Below are positions 26,974 to 36,932 of a stretch of DNA of 64,000 nt, piece after piece. Source of the stretch: Candidatus Zixiibacteriota bacterium (GTDB taxonomy: Bacteria; Desulfobacterota; Binatia; UBA9968); NCBI GenBank assembly GCA_035574315.1, contig DATLYW010000037.1:43853-107852 (forward strand), read 5' to 3'. The translations under genes and the position numbers were made by a program. Position 1 is the stretch's first letter, and each line of letters starts with the position of its first letter. A model generated the notes under the pieces. That model was not told where the DNA came from, ran no database searches, and saw only the letters and a list, made by a program, of their open reading frames with translations.

Positions 26974-28113
26974 ATGGCATCCCATTCATCCGAGAGTGCG
27001 ACCCTGTCGCAGGGAGCCGACGGGACGGTCCGCTGCTCCGGCGCGTGGAAGGCGGGCAACGTGCCGGAGCTGGAGCGCCGGGTCGCCGCGCTGCGGCCGC
27101 CCGCCGCCGGCGGGCAGATCTGGGAGATGGGCGGGATCACCGCGATGGACACAGCGGGAGCCTGGCTCGTGCGCCGCTCGATTCGCCGTTTGGAGCAACG
27201 CGGCGCGCGCGTGGAGCTTCGCGGCCTCCGTCCGGAGTTCGACGAGCTGATCCGCTGGGTGTCGCGCAACGGCTCGCCGGAGGATACCGCGGCCGGCAGG
27301 CGGAAAGCGGGTCTCGTCGAAAGCCTGGGCCGCCTCGCGTGGGAGATTCAGGCCCAGGCCTTCGGCTTTCTCTCGTTCCTCGGACAGAGCATGCTGGTGC
27401 TGGCGCGGCTCGCCGTTGCGCCGCACCGGATGCGCTGGCAGGCGTTTTTTTACAACCTCAAGGCCGGCGGACTGGAGGCGATTCCGATCGTGGGTTTGCT
27501 TTCGTTCCTGATGGGAATCGTCATCGCGTATCAGGCGGCGGTGCAGCTGCGGCCGTACGGGGCGAACGTCTTCATCGTCGAGTTCGTGGGAATCGCCATG
27601 CTCCGGGAGATCGCCCCGGTGATCACCGCGATCATCGTCGCCGGCCGCTCCGGCTCCGCTTACACGGCGCAGATCGGTACGATGGAAGTGACCGAAGAGG
27701 TCGACGCGCTGCACACGCTGGGAATCGGGCCGCTGGAGCTGCTTGTCGTCCCGAAGGTGCTCGCGCTCGCGCTGGCGCTGCCGCTGCTGACGGCGTTCGC
27801 CGACGTGACCGGCGTGCTCGGCGGAATGGTCGTGGCCAGCACGCAGCTGAACGTCCCTTTCGACGTGTTCCTCGACCGCTTCAAGAGCGTCATCTCCCTC
27901 ACCAATTATCTGATCGGCGTCGGCAAAGCCCCCGTCTTCGCGTTCATCATCGCGATGATCGGGTGCTACCAGGGATTTCGGGTGAGCGGCAGCGCCGAAA
28001 GCGTCGGCCGCCATACCACGATCAGCGTCGTTCAGGCCATTTTTCTCGTGATCGTCTTCGACGCGCTCTTTTCGATCCTCCTCAGCTGGATGGGGATCGG
28101 GCTCTTCGCGTAA
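26974..28113 (+). CDS. MlaE/YrbE-type ABC permease with an N-terminal STAS (MlaB-like) domain
   Basis: The N-terminal roughly 100 aa form a STAS-like domain (VRCSGAWKAGNVPELERRVAAL...MDTAGAWLV). The rest is an MlaE permease core. The start is probably ATG 26974 (MASHSSE). Confidence 0.75.
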   Translation: MASHSSESATLSQGADGTVRCSGAWKAGNVPELERRVAALRPPAAGGQIWEMGGITAMDTAGAWLVRRSIRRLEQRGARVELRGLRPEFDELIRWVSRNGSPEDTAAGRRKAGLVESLGRLAWEIQAQAFGFLSFLGQSMLVLARLAVAPHRMRWQAFFYNLKAGGLEAIPIVGLLSFLMGIVIAYQAAVQLRPYGANVFIVEFVGIAMLREIAPVITAIIVAGRSGSAYTAQIGTMEVTEEVDALHTLGIGPLELLVVPKVLALALALPLLTAFADVTGVLGGMVVASTQLNVPFDVFLDRFKSVISLTNYLIGVGKAPVFAFIIAMIGCYQGFRVSGSAESVGRHTTISVVQAIFLVIVFDALFSILLSWMGIGLFA

Positions 28114-28118
28114 CGGCC

Positions 28119-28907
28119 ATGGATTCGAACGGACGGGAAGCGGTCGTGGAGGTCCGGGACGTCAGCACCCGCTTCGGCGCCGCCGTGGTTCACGATCGCA
28201 TCAGCCTGACGGTGTACCGCGGCGAGATCTTCGCAGTGGTCGGCGCCAGCGGCAGCGGCAAGTCCATGCTGCTGCGCGAGATCATCATGCTGCGCCGGCC
28301 GGACGCCGGGTCGATCCGGCTGCTGGGCCGCGAGGTGACGACACTGCACGAGACGGATGCGCTCGATCTCAAGCGTCGCATCGGCGTGCTCTTCCAGCAC
28401 GGCGCGTTGTTCAGCGCTCTGACGGTGGCGGAGAACATCGCCGTGCCGCTCCGGGAGCATACCCGCTTGAGCGCGGACTTCATTCGCGAGATAGTGGCGA
28501 TCAAGCTCGACTGGGTACGCTTTCCGCGCGACAGCGTTCACAAGTACCCGAGCGAGCTGAGCGGAGGCATGCTCAAGCGGGCGGCTCTGGCCCGGGCCAT
28601 TGCGCTGGATCCGGAGCTGATTTTTCTCGACGAGCCCACGGCCGGCCTGGACCCTGCCAGCGCGTCGGCGCTGGACGAGCTGATCCGGCAGCTGAAATCG
28701 ATTCTGGGCCTCACGGTAGTGATGGTGACCCACGATCTGGATTCGCTCTGGCAGGTCGCGGACCGCGTCGGCGTTCTCGGCGACGGGAGAATCCTTCAGG
28801 TCGGCACGATGGAGGAGCTGTCGCGGTCGGACCACCCGGCGGTGGCGGAATACTTTCGCGGCGTCCGCGGCCGCGCGGCGCGGGAGCAGGCATGGAACCA
28901 AAGGTAA
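28119..28907 (+). CDS. MlaF-type ABC transporter ATP-binding protein
   Basis: Walker A GASGSGKS, signature LSGGMLKR, Walker B LIFLDEP. The start is ATG 28119. Confidence 0.85.
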   Translation: MDSNGREAVVEVRDVSTRFGAAVVHDRISLTVYRGEIFAVVGASGSGKSMLLREIIMLRRPDAGSIRLLGREVTTLHETDALDLKRRIGVLFQHGALFSALTVAENIAVPLREHTRLSADFIREIVAIKLDWVRFPRDSVHKYPSELSGGMLKRAALARAIALDPELIFLDEPTAGLDPASASALDELIRQLKSILGLTVVMVTHDLDSLWQVADRVGVLGDGRILQVGTMEELSRSDHPAVAEYFRGVRGRAAREQAWNQR

Positions 28908-29815
28908 GCTACACCCTGGTCGGCGCCTTCGTTCTGGTCTTCGGAGCGGTGCTGATCGTCATCGTCCTGTGGCTGGTGAAAAAAGGGCCGCAGGTTCGCT
29001 ACCGGGATTATCGGGCTTATTTTCGGGAGTCGGTGTCGGGATTGAACGAAAACGCGGCGGTGAAATATAAAGGAGTCAACGTCGGCAGGGTGAAGGAGAT
29101 CCGGCTCGACCCGCAGGATCCCGAACGGGTCCGGCTCACCCTCGAGATCGACGCCGGCGCCCCGATCAAGGAAGATACCGTGGCGACGCTGGGCAGCCAG
29201 GGATTGACCGGTTTGGCGTTCGTCGAGCTTTCCGGCGGGACGCGCGAGGCTCCGCTGCTGGAGGCGCGGCCCGGCGAGGACGTTCCAGTGATCCGGACGC
29301 GGCCGTCGCTGTTCATGCGGCTGGATCAGTCGGCCTCCACGCTGCTCGCAAACCTCAACCGGGTCGCCGAGAGTATGGCCGAGCTGACCGACGAGGAGGG
29401 TCGCCGGTCGCTCAGGCAGATCGTCCGGGATGTCGGCCATCTGGCCGCCGGCCTGAAGGAGCGCGAAAAGCAGCTCGGGCAGCTCTTCGCCAGCGCGGAC
29501 CGGACGCTCGAGAGCGCTCGCGAGGTCACGGCCGAGCTTCCGGCCCTGGTCGCGCGCGTGTCGCGTGCGGTCGGCGCGCTCGAGGAGATGGCGGAGCAGA
29601 TCGGCCGGACCGGCAAAACGGTGGACGCGATGGTTGCGGGGAGCCGGGAAGACGTCCGGCGCTTCACCAACGAGACGCTGGCAGAGACCGGCGTTCTCGT
29701 CGCCGATCTGCGCCGCCTGACCGAACGGCTGCAACGAATTGCACGCGAGGTGGAGCAAAATCCGAGGTCGCTCCTCTTCGGCCGCCGGCCGCCCCCGCCG
29801 GGGCCGGGGGAATAG
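28892..29815 (+). CDS. MlaD/MCE-domain protein
   Basis: An N-terminal TM helix, then an MCE domain (VKYKGVNVGRVKEIRL), then a coiled-coil tail. It overlaps the mlaF stop by 16 nt. Confidence 0.8.
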   Translation: MEPKVSYTLVGAFVLVFGAVLIVIVLWLVKKGPQVRYRDYRAYFRESVSGLNENAAVKYKGVNVGRVKEIRLDPQDPERVRLTLEIDAGAPIKEDTVATLGSQGLTGLAFVELSGGTREAPLLEARPGEDVPVIRTRPSLFMRLDQSASTLLANLNRVAESMAELTDEEGRRSLRQIVRDVGHLAAGLKEREKQLGQLFASADRTLESAREVTAELPALVARVSRAVGALEEMAEQIGRTGKTVDAMVAGSREDVRRFTNETLAETGVLVADLRRLTERLQRIAREVEQNPRSLLFGRRPPPPGPGE

Positions 29816-29816
29816 G

Positions 29817-30449
29817 ATGGGGTCGCCCGAAATCCGCCGGATCGTTGCGCTCACCCTGGCCGTCGCCTGGGTCTCGGCCTGCGCGGTTTTTCCCGAGGCA
29901 CCGAATCGCCCGACCAGCCGTTACCGGCTCGCCCTTGACGGCGCCAACCCGGTGTCGTGGCCGCAGTGCCCGTCTCCCGCCGGCGTCCTGGTCGTGAGCG
30001 CGCTGCGCGACGAAGCCGCAGTAGCCTCCAACGGGATCGCATACCTCCTGCGGCCGCACGAGGTGAAATACTACGCCTACAGCCAGTGGGTGGAGGACCC
30101 CGCGCGCCAGCTTCTGCCTCTCGTGATCCAGGCCCTCGAGCGGACCAACTGCTGGACCACGGTCACGCACGCGGAAAGCGGGTTGCGCGCGGACTATCGG
30201 CTCGACGCGGAGATCCTGCAATGGCAGCAGGAATTCTTTCCCACACCGAGCCGGGTGCGGCTCGCCTTTCGCGCCGAGCTGGTGGCGCCGTCGGAGCGCG
30301 CCATCGTCGCCTCCCGACGTTTCGAGCTGGTCGAGGAGGCCGAAACCGGCGACGCCTACGGGGCGGTCATCGCGAGCAACCGGGCCGTCAACCGCTGGCT
30401 GCTGGCGCTCGCCGAGTGGGCGAAGGCGGCCGCTTCGCAGAGACGCTGA
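29817..30449 (+). CDS. ABC-type transport auxiliary lipoprotein component (DUF330-like)
   Basis: ATG 29817 ([22 protein letters not shown], lipobox), about 210 aa. It sits immediately after the MCE gene, as is typical for this family. Confidence 0.55.
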   Translation: MGSPEIRRIVALTLAVAWVSACAVFPEAPNRPTSRYRLALDGANPVSWPQCPSPAGVLVVSALRDEAAVASNGIAYLLRPHEVKYYAYSQWVEDPARQLLPLVIQALERTNCWTTVTHAESGLRADYRLDAEILQWQQEFFPTPSRVRLAFRAELVAPSERAIVASRRFELVEEAETGDAYGAVIASNRAVNRWLLALAEWAKAAASQRR

Positions 30450-30457
30450 ACGCAGCC

Positions 30458-30775
30458 GTGGCGTGGGCTTATCTCGTGATCGCCGGCATCCTGGAGGTCT
30501 GCTGGGCGATCGGCCTCAAATACAGCGACGGCTTCGCGCGGCCGTGGCCGTCCGTCGCGACCGTGGCGGCGATGGCCGCAAGCTTTTATTTTCTGGCGCT
30601 GGCCGTGAAGGCGATTCCGGTGGGGACCGCCTACGCCGTCTGGACGGGGATCGGCGCCGCGGGCACCGCAATGCTGGGCATGCTGCTCTTCTCCGAGTCG
30701 GCGGCGCCCGGGCGCTGGTTGTCCATCGCGCTGATCGTCGCGGGAATCGTCGGCCTGCGGCTGAGCTCCGAGTAG
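30458..30775 (+). CDS. sugE: SMR-family small multidrug efflux protein (SugE/EmrE-like)
   Basis: GTG start ([23 protein letters not shown], compared with SugE MAWIYLLIAGLLEV...), 105 aa, four TM helices and a conserved Glu. Confidence 0.8.
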   Translation: MAWAYLVIAGILEVCWAIGLKYSDGFARPWPSVATVAAMAASFYFLALAVKAIPVGTAYAVWTGIGAAGTAMLGMLLFSESAAPGRWLSIALIVAGIVGLRLSSE

Positions 30776-31356
30776 CCCCGCACCACGAAAGAGGTGACGA
30801 ACGCCTCGACGAGGGCCGCCAGCAGCAGCAACGGCACGATCACGCTCCAGAAGAGCCTGAGGCCGTTGCCGAGATCGTTCGTCAGGCTCGACTCGAAGCT
30901 TCCGAAAAGGCGCTTCAGCGCCCGGCTCCCGATCAGGATGCCGGCGCTGGCGCCGAGCAGAACCGCGGGAAGCTCGAAGATCCCGTGCGGCGCGATCGCG
31001 AGCAGCGACAATGCCACCCCGCGCGCCTGGATCGAGGCGTAGAAGACGAAGCCCAGCGCGAAGCCGTTGAGCAGCAGGAAGCCGACCGGGAGAACGGCGC
31101 CGGCGAAGCCGAGCACGAGCACGAGCAGGGTCTTGAGGCCGTTGTTGAGGAAGATCGCGAGCGCGAGCGCGGGCTTCGGCAGCGCCCCCAGAGTCCGGGC
31201 GAAGACCCGGAGCGATTCGCGAAACGCAGATCCGAACTCGAGCGTGTGCGCCGCCGCCAGCGCGCCGATGATCGCGCCCGCCGCCAGCAGCGAGACGCTG
31301 ATCTTCAAGTGGGGCTGGAGCTGCCGAAGATAAGCGCGTTGTTCCGGCCGGAGCAT
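30631..31356 (-). CDS. SpoIIM/DUF95-like membrane protein
   Basis: A multi-TM protein. The start is probably [10 protein letters not shown] at 31356. Its 3' end overlaps sugE convergently by about 145 nt, which is unusual, so one boundary may be wrong. Confidence 0.45.
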   Translation of the reverse strand: MLRPEQRAYLRQLQPHLKISVSLLAAGAIIGALAAAHTLEFGSAFRESLRVFARTLGALPKPALALAIFLNNGLKTLLVLVLGFAGAVLPVGFLLLNGFALGFVFYASIQARGVALSLLAIAPHGIFELPAVLLGASAGILIGSRALKRLFGSFESSLTNDLGNGLRLFWSVIVPLLLLAALVEAFVTSFVVRGYSELSRRPTIPATISAMDNQRPGAADSEKSSMPSIAVPAAPIPVQTA

Positions 31357-31460
31357 GGTCCCGCGATGATAGCAGATCGCTCCCGGGAATTCACCCGCTC
31401 CCGCCGCTTGACAAGAGCCGGCCCGCTCCATATGGTTCGTGGCCGAAGGACAGGCCCGCC

Positions 31461-32378
31461 ATGGTGATCGATTGCCACGCCCACGTCATGCCCAAGAGCT
31501 GGTTCGATCCGAAGTCGCCGCCGTCGATCTTCGATCTGGACCGCCTGTTTCGCGAGCAGGACGAGGCCGGGGTCGACCTCACCGTCTTCGGCAACAACTG
31601 GATCCGCTCGCCGCAGGGCGCCGATCCGCTGCGTGTGGTCAAGGAGTTCAACGAGCACGCCGCGGAGCTGACCTCCAGGCACCCCAGGCGACTCCTCGGC
31701 CTCGCCTGCTCGGTGCCGTTCGACGACGGCGAGATTCTCAAGGAGACCGAGCGGGCGATCAAGCAGTACCGGCTGAAGGGCATCATGATCAATTCCAGCG
31801 TCAACGGGGAATACCTCGACTCGCCGCGCGCCGAGCCGTTTTTCGCCCTGGTGTCCGAGCTGGACGTGCCGCTCTTCGTGCATCCGCCGAAGTTCACGAT
31901 CGGCAACGAGAAGATGGAGATCTTCAGGCTGCCGGAGATGCTCGGCCGTCCGTTCGACACCACGCTGTCGCTCACGCGCTTCATCTTCAGCGGCGGCTTC
32001 GAGCGCTTTCCGAACCTGAAGATGGTTTGCGCTCACGTGGGGGGCGCGCTCCCGATGCTGCCGGGGCGCTACGGCTTCGGATACGAGCTGAGAAAAGATT
32101 CGACCTTCGGGCCGTGGGAGCCCGACGTGATGACCCGTCCCCCCGCCTCTTATATCGAGCAGCTCTACTTCGACACGGTCTGCTATCACCCCCCCGCCGT
32201 GCAGTGCGCTATCGATACGGTCGGCGTCGATCACGTGGTATTCGGCAGCGACTCTCCGCCGGTCCCGCTCCCGCTCGCCCGGGCCGTGGATACGGTGCGG
32301 CGGCTCCGCATTGCGGAAAGCGACAAGCAAAAGATTCTCGGCGGCAACGCGGCCCGGTTGCTTCGCCTGGCGGTCTGA
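31461..32378 (+). CDS. Amidohydrolase-2 family protein, paralog 4
   Basis: The N-terminal MVIDCHAHV and C-terminal VFGSDSP are PF04909 hallmarks. Confidence 0.8.
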   Translation: MVIDCHAHVMPKSWFDPKSPPSIFDLDRLFREQDEAGVDLTVFGNNWIRSPQGADPLRVVKEFNEHAAELTSRHPRRLLGLACSVPFDDGEILKETERAIKQYRLKGIMINSSVNGEYLDSPRAEPFFALVSELDVPLFVHPPKFTIGNEKMEIFRLPEMLGRPFDTTLSLTRFIFSGGFERFPNLKMVCAHVGGALPMLPGRYGFGYELRKDSTFGPWEPDVMTRPPASYIEQLYFDTVCYHPPAVQCAIDTVGVDHVVFGSDSPPVPLPLARAVDTVRRLRIAESDKQKILGGNAARLLRLAV

Positions 32379-32389
32379 GCGGCGTTCTC

Positions 32390-33436
32390 CTACCAGCCGG
32401 CGGCGGCGACTTCGGCGATCGCCTGCAACGCCCGCTCGATATCCTCGCGATCGACGTCGAGGTGCGTCACCATGCGCACCCGCGTGCGATCGACGGGGCC
32501 GCCGAGAACCCTGCGCTCGGCGAGCCGCGCGAGGAACTCCGCAGCGGTGAGCCCGGTCTCGCCCACGTCGTAGAGCACGATGTTGGTCTGGACTTTACGC
32601 TCGTCGATGCGGATGCGCGGCAGCCGCGCCAGGCCGGCGGCGAGCGCCCGCGCGTTCTCGTGATCGATGTGCAGCCGCTTGGGCCCCTCTTCGAGCGCCA
32701 CCAGACCGGCCGCGGCGAGCACGCCGACCTGGCGCATCCCGCCGCCGAGCATCTTGCGCAGCACGCGGCAGCGCTCGATGAAGTCGCGCGACCCGACGAT
32801 CATGGAGCCGACCGGCGCGCCGAGGCCTTTGCTCAGGCAGAACTGAACGGAATCGCACTTGCGCGTCATCTCGGCCACGTCCTCGCCTAGATAGACGGCG
32901 GCGTTGAAGATGCGCGCCCCGTCGAGGTGCACCCGGAGCCCGGCCTCGTGAGCGCGATCGCAGATTTCGTGCACGAGCGGAGTCGGATAGACTGTCCCTC
33001 CGGCCATGTTGTGCGTGTTCTCGAGCGCCACCAGGGCGGTCTGCGGCCGGTAATAGGCCTTCTCCCGGATCGCCGGCGCGATCCGCTCCCACGTGAGGAT
33101 GCCGTCCTCCCCGGCGACGACCCGGGGCAGCACGCCGGCGATCGCCGACATCGAAGCCATCTCGTAGTTGTAGACGTGCCCGGCGGCTTCGCAGATCACC
33201 TCCTGCCCGCGCGTGGTCTGTGCCATGAGACAGACGAGGTTTCCCATCGATCCGGACGGCACGAACAGCCCCGCCTCGCGGCCGAAGATCTCCGCGGCGC
33301 GCGCCTGGAGGCGGTTCACCGTCGGGTCTTCGAGGTAGACGTCGTCGCCAACCTCGGCTTCCGCCATGGCGCGCCGCATCGCCGGCGACGGCCTGGTCAC
33401 CGTGTCGCTTCGCAAGTCGATCACTTTCTCGCCCAT
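32390..33436 (-). CDS. ltaE: Low-specificity L-threonine aldolase
   Basis: The real start is ATG 33434-33436 (MGEKVIDLRSDTVTRPS...), preceded by GGAGGGG. It has PLP-dependent fold-type I with the threonine aldolase N-terminal signature and a K in SKGLGAP. The 568-aa track ORF is an artefactual extension. Confidence 0.85.
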   Translation of the reverse strand: MGEKVIDLRSDTVTRPSPAMRRAMAEAEVGDDVYLEDPTVNRLQARAAEIFGREAGLFVPSGSMGNLVCLMAQTTRGQEVICEAAGHVYNYEMASMSAIAGVLPRVVAGEDGILTWERIAPAIREKAYYRPQTALVALENTHNMAGGTVYPTPLVHEICDRAHEAGLRVHLDGARIFNAAVYLGEDVAEMTRKCDSVQFCLSKGLGAPVGSMIVGSRDFIERCRVLRKMLGGGMRQVGVLAAAGLVALEEGPKRLHIDHENARALAAGLARLPRIRIDERKVQTNIVLYDVGETGLTAAEFLARLAERRVLGGPVDRTRVRMVTHLDVDREDIERALQAIAEVAAAGW

Positions 33437-33474
33437 ACTCCCCTCCGGAGCCCGGGCCCCGCGGCGGCCGGTCG

Positions 33475-34227
33475 CTAACGCACGCCGTCTTCGATCTCCC
33501 GGATGACCTCCTGCGCGAGCGACGGCCGGACGAACGCGTTGTAGATCGCGTCGTTCTGCAGCCACATGATGTCGGCCCGCTGCCGCACCGCCTCGCGCAT
33601 CTCGTGCTGCAGGTGCGGCTCCATGCAATAGCGCCGGATCACGTCGATGACCATGCGCCCGTGTCCCTCGTCGTGGTACTCGTGCGCCCGGAAGAAATCC
33701 AGGCTCTCCCTGGGAATCCACGGATAGTGGCGCTCCAACGCCTCGCGCTCCTCGCGCATGCGCTGCGGCCCCCCGCCCTCGAAGACCAGGCCCGTGCCGA
33801 TCGCCACCGCCCAGTGGCTCTGCTGGACCAGCGAAACGTACATCTCGAGAGCCGCCCGGACGGCCGGCAGAGGCTCGTAGCTCAGGATGTCGTCGCGCGC
33901 GATTCCCAGCCCTTCGGCGAACCGGACCCAGAGCTCCCGGTGGCTCGGATACTTGCCGCCGAAGAGGTCCTCGCCTTCCTCCTCGACCATGTTCTCGAGC
34001 AGCATGCGACGCAGCTCGGGAACCGGGCACTTTTGATAACGGATGCCGAAGAAGCGATGGATGTTGCGGAACTCGTGGAACTGGTTCATCGCCCACGCTT
34101 GCAGCTGCTCTCGCGTGAGCCTGCCCGAAAGCAGCAGCTGGCGGACGGGATGAACCCGCGGGTGGCGCTCCCGCAGCGCCCGCTGGAGATCCTCGATCAG
34201 CTCGTCCGGCTGTAGCAAAGCGGTCAT
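33475..34227 (-). CDS. PqqC/TenA/THI-4-like iron- or haem-oxygenase-fold protein
   Basis: Start at ATG 34225-34227 (MTALLQPDEL), preceded by GGAGGAGG. HPRVHP...LTREQLQAWAMNQFHEF and the EYHDEGHG motif are consistent with PF03070 family proteins. Confidence 0.6.
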   Translation of the reverse strand: MTALLQPDELIEDLQRALRERHPRVHPVRQLLLSGRLTREQLQAWAMNQFHEFRNIHRFFGIRYQKCPVPELRRMLLENMVEEEGEDLFGGKYPSHRELWVRFAEGLGIARDDILSYEPLPAVRAALEMYVSLVQQSHWAVAIGTGLVFEGGGPQRMREEREALERHYPWIPRESLDFFRAHEYHDEGHGRMVIDVIRRYCMEPHLQHEMREAVRQRADIMWLQNDAIYNAFVRPSLAQEVIREIEDGVR

Positions 34228-34358
34228 AACTCCTCCTCCGGCCCAGGAATCCGTGGTATCCGGCGCCCTCAGCCTAGCGCTGAACCGCCGCCGCAATCAA
34301 CAGGCCCCGGGCGCCGCGCGCGGTTGTCTTTGGTCCCGTCGTTGACTAACATAGAGCC

Positions 34359-35123
34359 GTGGTTTCCGTGTCGCTGCGCGGCCTGACGAAACGGTACGGC
34401 TCCGTCACCGCGGTCGACGGAGCGAACCTGGACGTCCGCGCCGGCGAGCTGCTCGTGGTCGTCGGCGAGAGCGGCTGCGGCAAGACGACGACGCTGCGGC
34501 TGATCGCGGGTCTGGAGCAGCCCGATGCCGGCACGATCTTCATCGGCGGCGTGCCGGTGAACGATGTTCCAGTCGGGCGGCGCGGTGTCCAGATGATCTT
34601 CCAGAGCTACGCGCTCTGGCCGCACATGAAAGTCTTCGACGAGAAGCGCTACACCAACCTGACGCTGCCCCTCAAGGTCCGGAAATGGCCGGCCGAGCGG
34701 ATCGCCGGGTTCCTCCGCCCCCTGGCCGAGAAGCTCGGCATCGACCGGTCGTTCTTCCTGAGAAAGCCGCCGGAGCTTTCCGGCGGCGAGCAGCAGCGCG
34801 TCGCCCTGGGGCGCGCCATGGCGACGTCGCCGCGCATCCTGCTCATGGACGAGCCCCTGAGCAACATCGATCCGCCCAACCGGCTCAAGATGCGCGCCGA
34901 GATCGTCAGGTTTCACCGCGAGCACCGGCTCACGACCGTCTACGTCACCCACAATCTGGCCGACGGGATCGCGCTGGCGGACCGCATCGCGGTCATGCGG
35001 CTGGGCCGGTTCGAGCAGGTCGACACGCCGGAGAACCTGCTGCGCCGGCCTGACACCCAGTATGTCGCCGACTTCTTCGAAGCGGAGCGCCTCAGGAAGC
35101 GGCCGGTCCTCGAAGGAGCCTGA
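34359..35123 (+). CDS. ABC transporter ATP-binding protein (orphan, PotA/MalK-like NBD)
   Basis: Walker A GESGCGKTT, signature LSGGEQQRV, Walker B LLMDEP, H-loop. There is no adjacent permease. Confidence 0.8.
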   Translation: MVSVSLRGLTKRYGSVTAVDGANLDVRAGELLVVVGESGCGKTTTLRLIAGLEQPDAGTIFIGGVPVNDVPVGRRGVQMIFQSYALWPHMKVFDEKRYTNLTLPLKVRKWPAERIAGFLRPLAEKLGIDRSFFLRKPPELSGGEQQRVALGRAMATSPRILLMDEPLSNIDPPNRLKMRAEIVRFHREHRLTTVYVTHNLADGIALADRIAVMRLGRFEQVDTPENLLRRPDTQYVADFFEAERLRKRPVLEGA

Positions 35124-35911
35124 TGCGTCCCGGGCTCGCGGCGTCGCTGCTCCTCGCTGCGCTCGGCGCCGCAGCCACCGCGGCCGGGGCCTCCTGCCGC
35201 GACCCGGACGTCGCCGGCGGATTTCCACGGCAGGCTCATGCCGCGAGCCCCGACGCGCTGATCGAGTACTTCGGCCACAACTTCTTCCAGATCACGAGCA
35301 AGCGGGGCACCCGGATCGTCACCGACCCGCTGGCCCCCGGGATGCACCCGACTCCGGCGCTGAGGCCCCACGTGGTCACGATCGGCCGCGAGCACCCCAA
35401 CCACAATTATGTCCAGCTGGTGCAGGGCAATCCGGTGATTCTTCGGGGCCTGGTCGACTACGGCGCGGAATGGAACAAGATCAGCACGACGGTGGGGGAC
35501 GTGCTGATCTACTCGCTGCCGATCTACCAGCAGCAGTTCGGCAACGCACTCAAGGGCGCCGCCTTCGTTTTCGACCTGGGCCTCCTCTGCATCGCTCATC
35601 TGGGCGACCTCAGCCACAAGCTCGCGCCGAGCCAGCTCAAGGCCCTGGGGAAGGTGGACGTGGCCATGATTCCGATCGGCGGCACCTTCACGATGCCGCC
35701 GGCGACGGCGCGGGAGGTGCTCGATCAGCTGAAACCCAAGATCGCCATTCCGATGCACTACCGCGAAGACATGGCGCTGCTGGGCATGTTCCTGGAGGGG
35801 CTGCCCCACCGGCGCCTTGGAACCCACAGCTTTCCCGTGAGCAAGAGCGCTCTCCCCGCCCGCACCGAAATCGTCGTGCTCAGCCCCTGGGCCGGGAGGG
35901 AAGACCGTTGA
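35123..35911 (+). CDS. MBL-fold metallo-hydrolase, secreted
   Basis: A signal peptide, then HxHxDH-like IAHLGDLSH and MBL-fold signatures. The start overlaps the preceding stop. Confidence 0.65.
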   Translation: MRPGLAASLLLAALGAAATAAGASCRDPDVAGGFPRQAHAASPDALIEYFGHNFFQITSKRGTRIVTDPLAPGMHPTPALRPHVVTIGREHPNHNYVQLVQGNPVILRGLVDYGAEWNKISTTVGDVLIYSLPIYQQQFGNALKGAAFVFDLGLLCIAHLGDLSHKLAPSQLKALGKVDVAMIPIGGTFTMPPATAREVLDQLKPKIAIPMHYREDMALLGMFLEGLPHRRLGTHSFPVSKSALPARTEIVVLSPWAGREDR

Positions 35912-35926
35912 GACGGCGGCCGGCCG

Positions 35927-36916
35927 TCAGATCTTGAAAGCCTCCAGGGTCTCTCGGGCGAACAGCTCGTCGAGAACGAGCGGCGCCGCGACAAGCCCTT
36001 GCTCGTGCAGATAGCCGTTGAGGGTTTCGAGATTCCGGCGGTTGGGCTCGAGGCCGTAGGGCCAGTAATCCTCCCCCATCAGGTCGCGGATCTCCTCGTA
36101 TTCCGCCGCCGTCCACGGCAGGCTCACGCGCAGCACGTTGGTATCGTAGAGCTCGCGCATGCACCGATCCTTCGCCTCGCAAAACGCCTTGTAGAGCGCT
36201 TGCGCCACCCAGGGAAAAGCCTCGTAGACGGCCCGGCGAACGACGACGACGTGCATCAACGGGAACAAGCCGGTGCGCCGGTAGTAGTCCATCTCCGCTC
36301 GCTTGTAGTCGGGAAACAGCCGGCGTACCTTCGGGGAGCCGGCGACGAAGCAGCTCGGCATGCGCGGCGACATCATGGCGTCGATCTCGCCCGTTTCGAT
36401 CATGTCGTTGAGCGTGCGGTCCGGAATGCTTTCGATCCGGATGCGCGGAGGCAGCTCGAAATCGACCCGATCCTTGCGGCCCGGATGCTCTTCGCCCGCC
36501 TGGACCCAGAAGATCTCCTCCGGCGCGACGCCGTACTCGTGCTGGAGCAGGCCGCGCAGCCACACGGCGGCGGTCATGCTGTACTCCGGTACGCCGACAC
36601 GCTTGCCGCGCAGGTCCTCGGGACGCGTGATCCCGCGCTCGGCGTTCACGAAAATGCAACGGTGGCGAAACGTCCTGGAGGGGAAAACCGGGATCGCCAC
36701 GAAAGGCCGCCGGCCGCGTCCCGCGGCGATCAGCAGCGCGCCGAGCGAGAGCTCCGACGCGTCGAACTCCTCGTATTTCATCATGCGCCAGAAGATCTCC
36801 TCGACCGGCATCACCAGGTAGTTGAGGTCGATCCCTTCGGGTTTGACCGCGCCTTCCCGCAGGGGCCGCGTGCGGTCGTAGTCTTCGCAGGCGAGGGTCA
36901 GCAGGATCCTTTTCAT
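35927..36916 (-). CDS. 4,5-dihydroxyphthalate decarboxylase-like protein (cytoplasmic NMT1/PhtD fold)
   Basis: 329 aa with no signal peptide. Its periplasmic-binding-protein-like fold resembles the PhtD family. Confidence 0.55.
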   Translation of the reverse strand: MKRILLTLACEDYDRTRPLREGAVKPEGIDLNYLVMPVEEIFWRMMKYEEFDASELSLGALLIAAGRGRRPFVAIPVFPSRTFRHRCIFVNAERGITRPEDLRGKRVGVPEYSMTAAVWLRGLLQHEYGVAPEEIFWVQAGEEHPGRKDRVDFELPPRIRIESIPDRTLNDMIETGEIDAMMSPRMPSCFVAGSPKVRRLFPDYKRAEMDYYRRTGLFPLMHVVVVRRAVYEAFPWVAQALYKAFCEAKDRCMRELYDTNVLRVSLPWTAAEYEEIRDLMGEDYWPYGLEPNRRNLETLNGYLHEQGLVAAPLVLDELFARETLEAFKI

Positions 36917-36932
36917 GGCGCCGCTCCCGACG

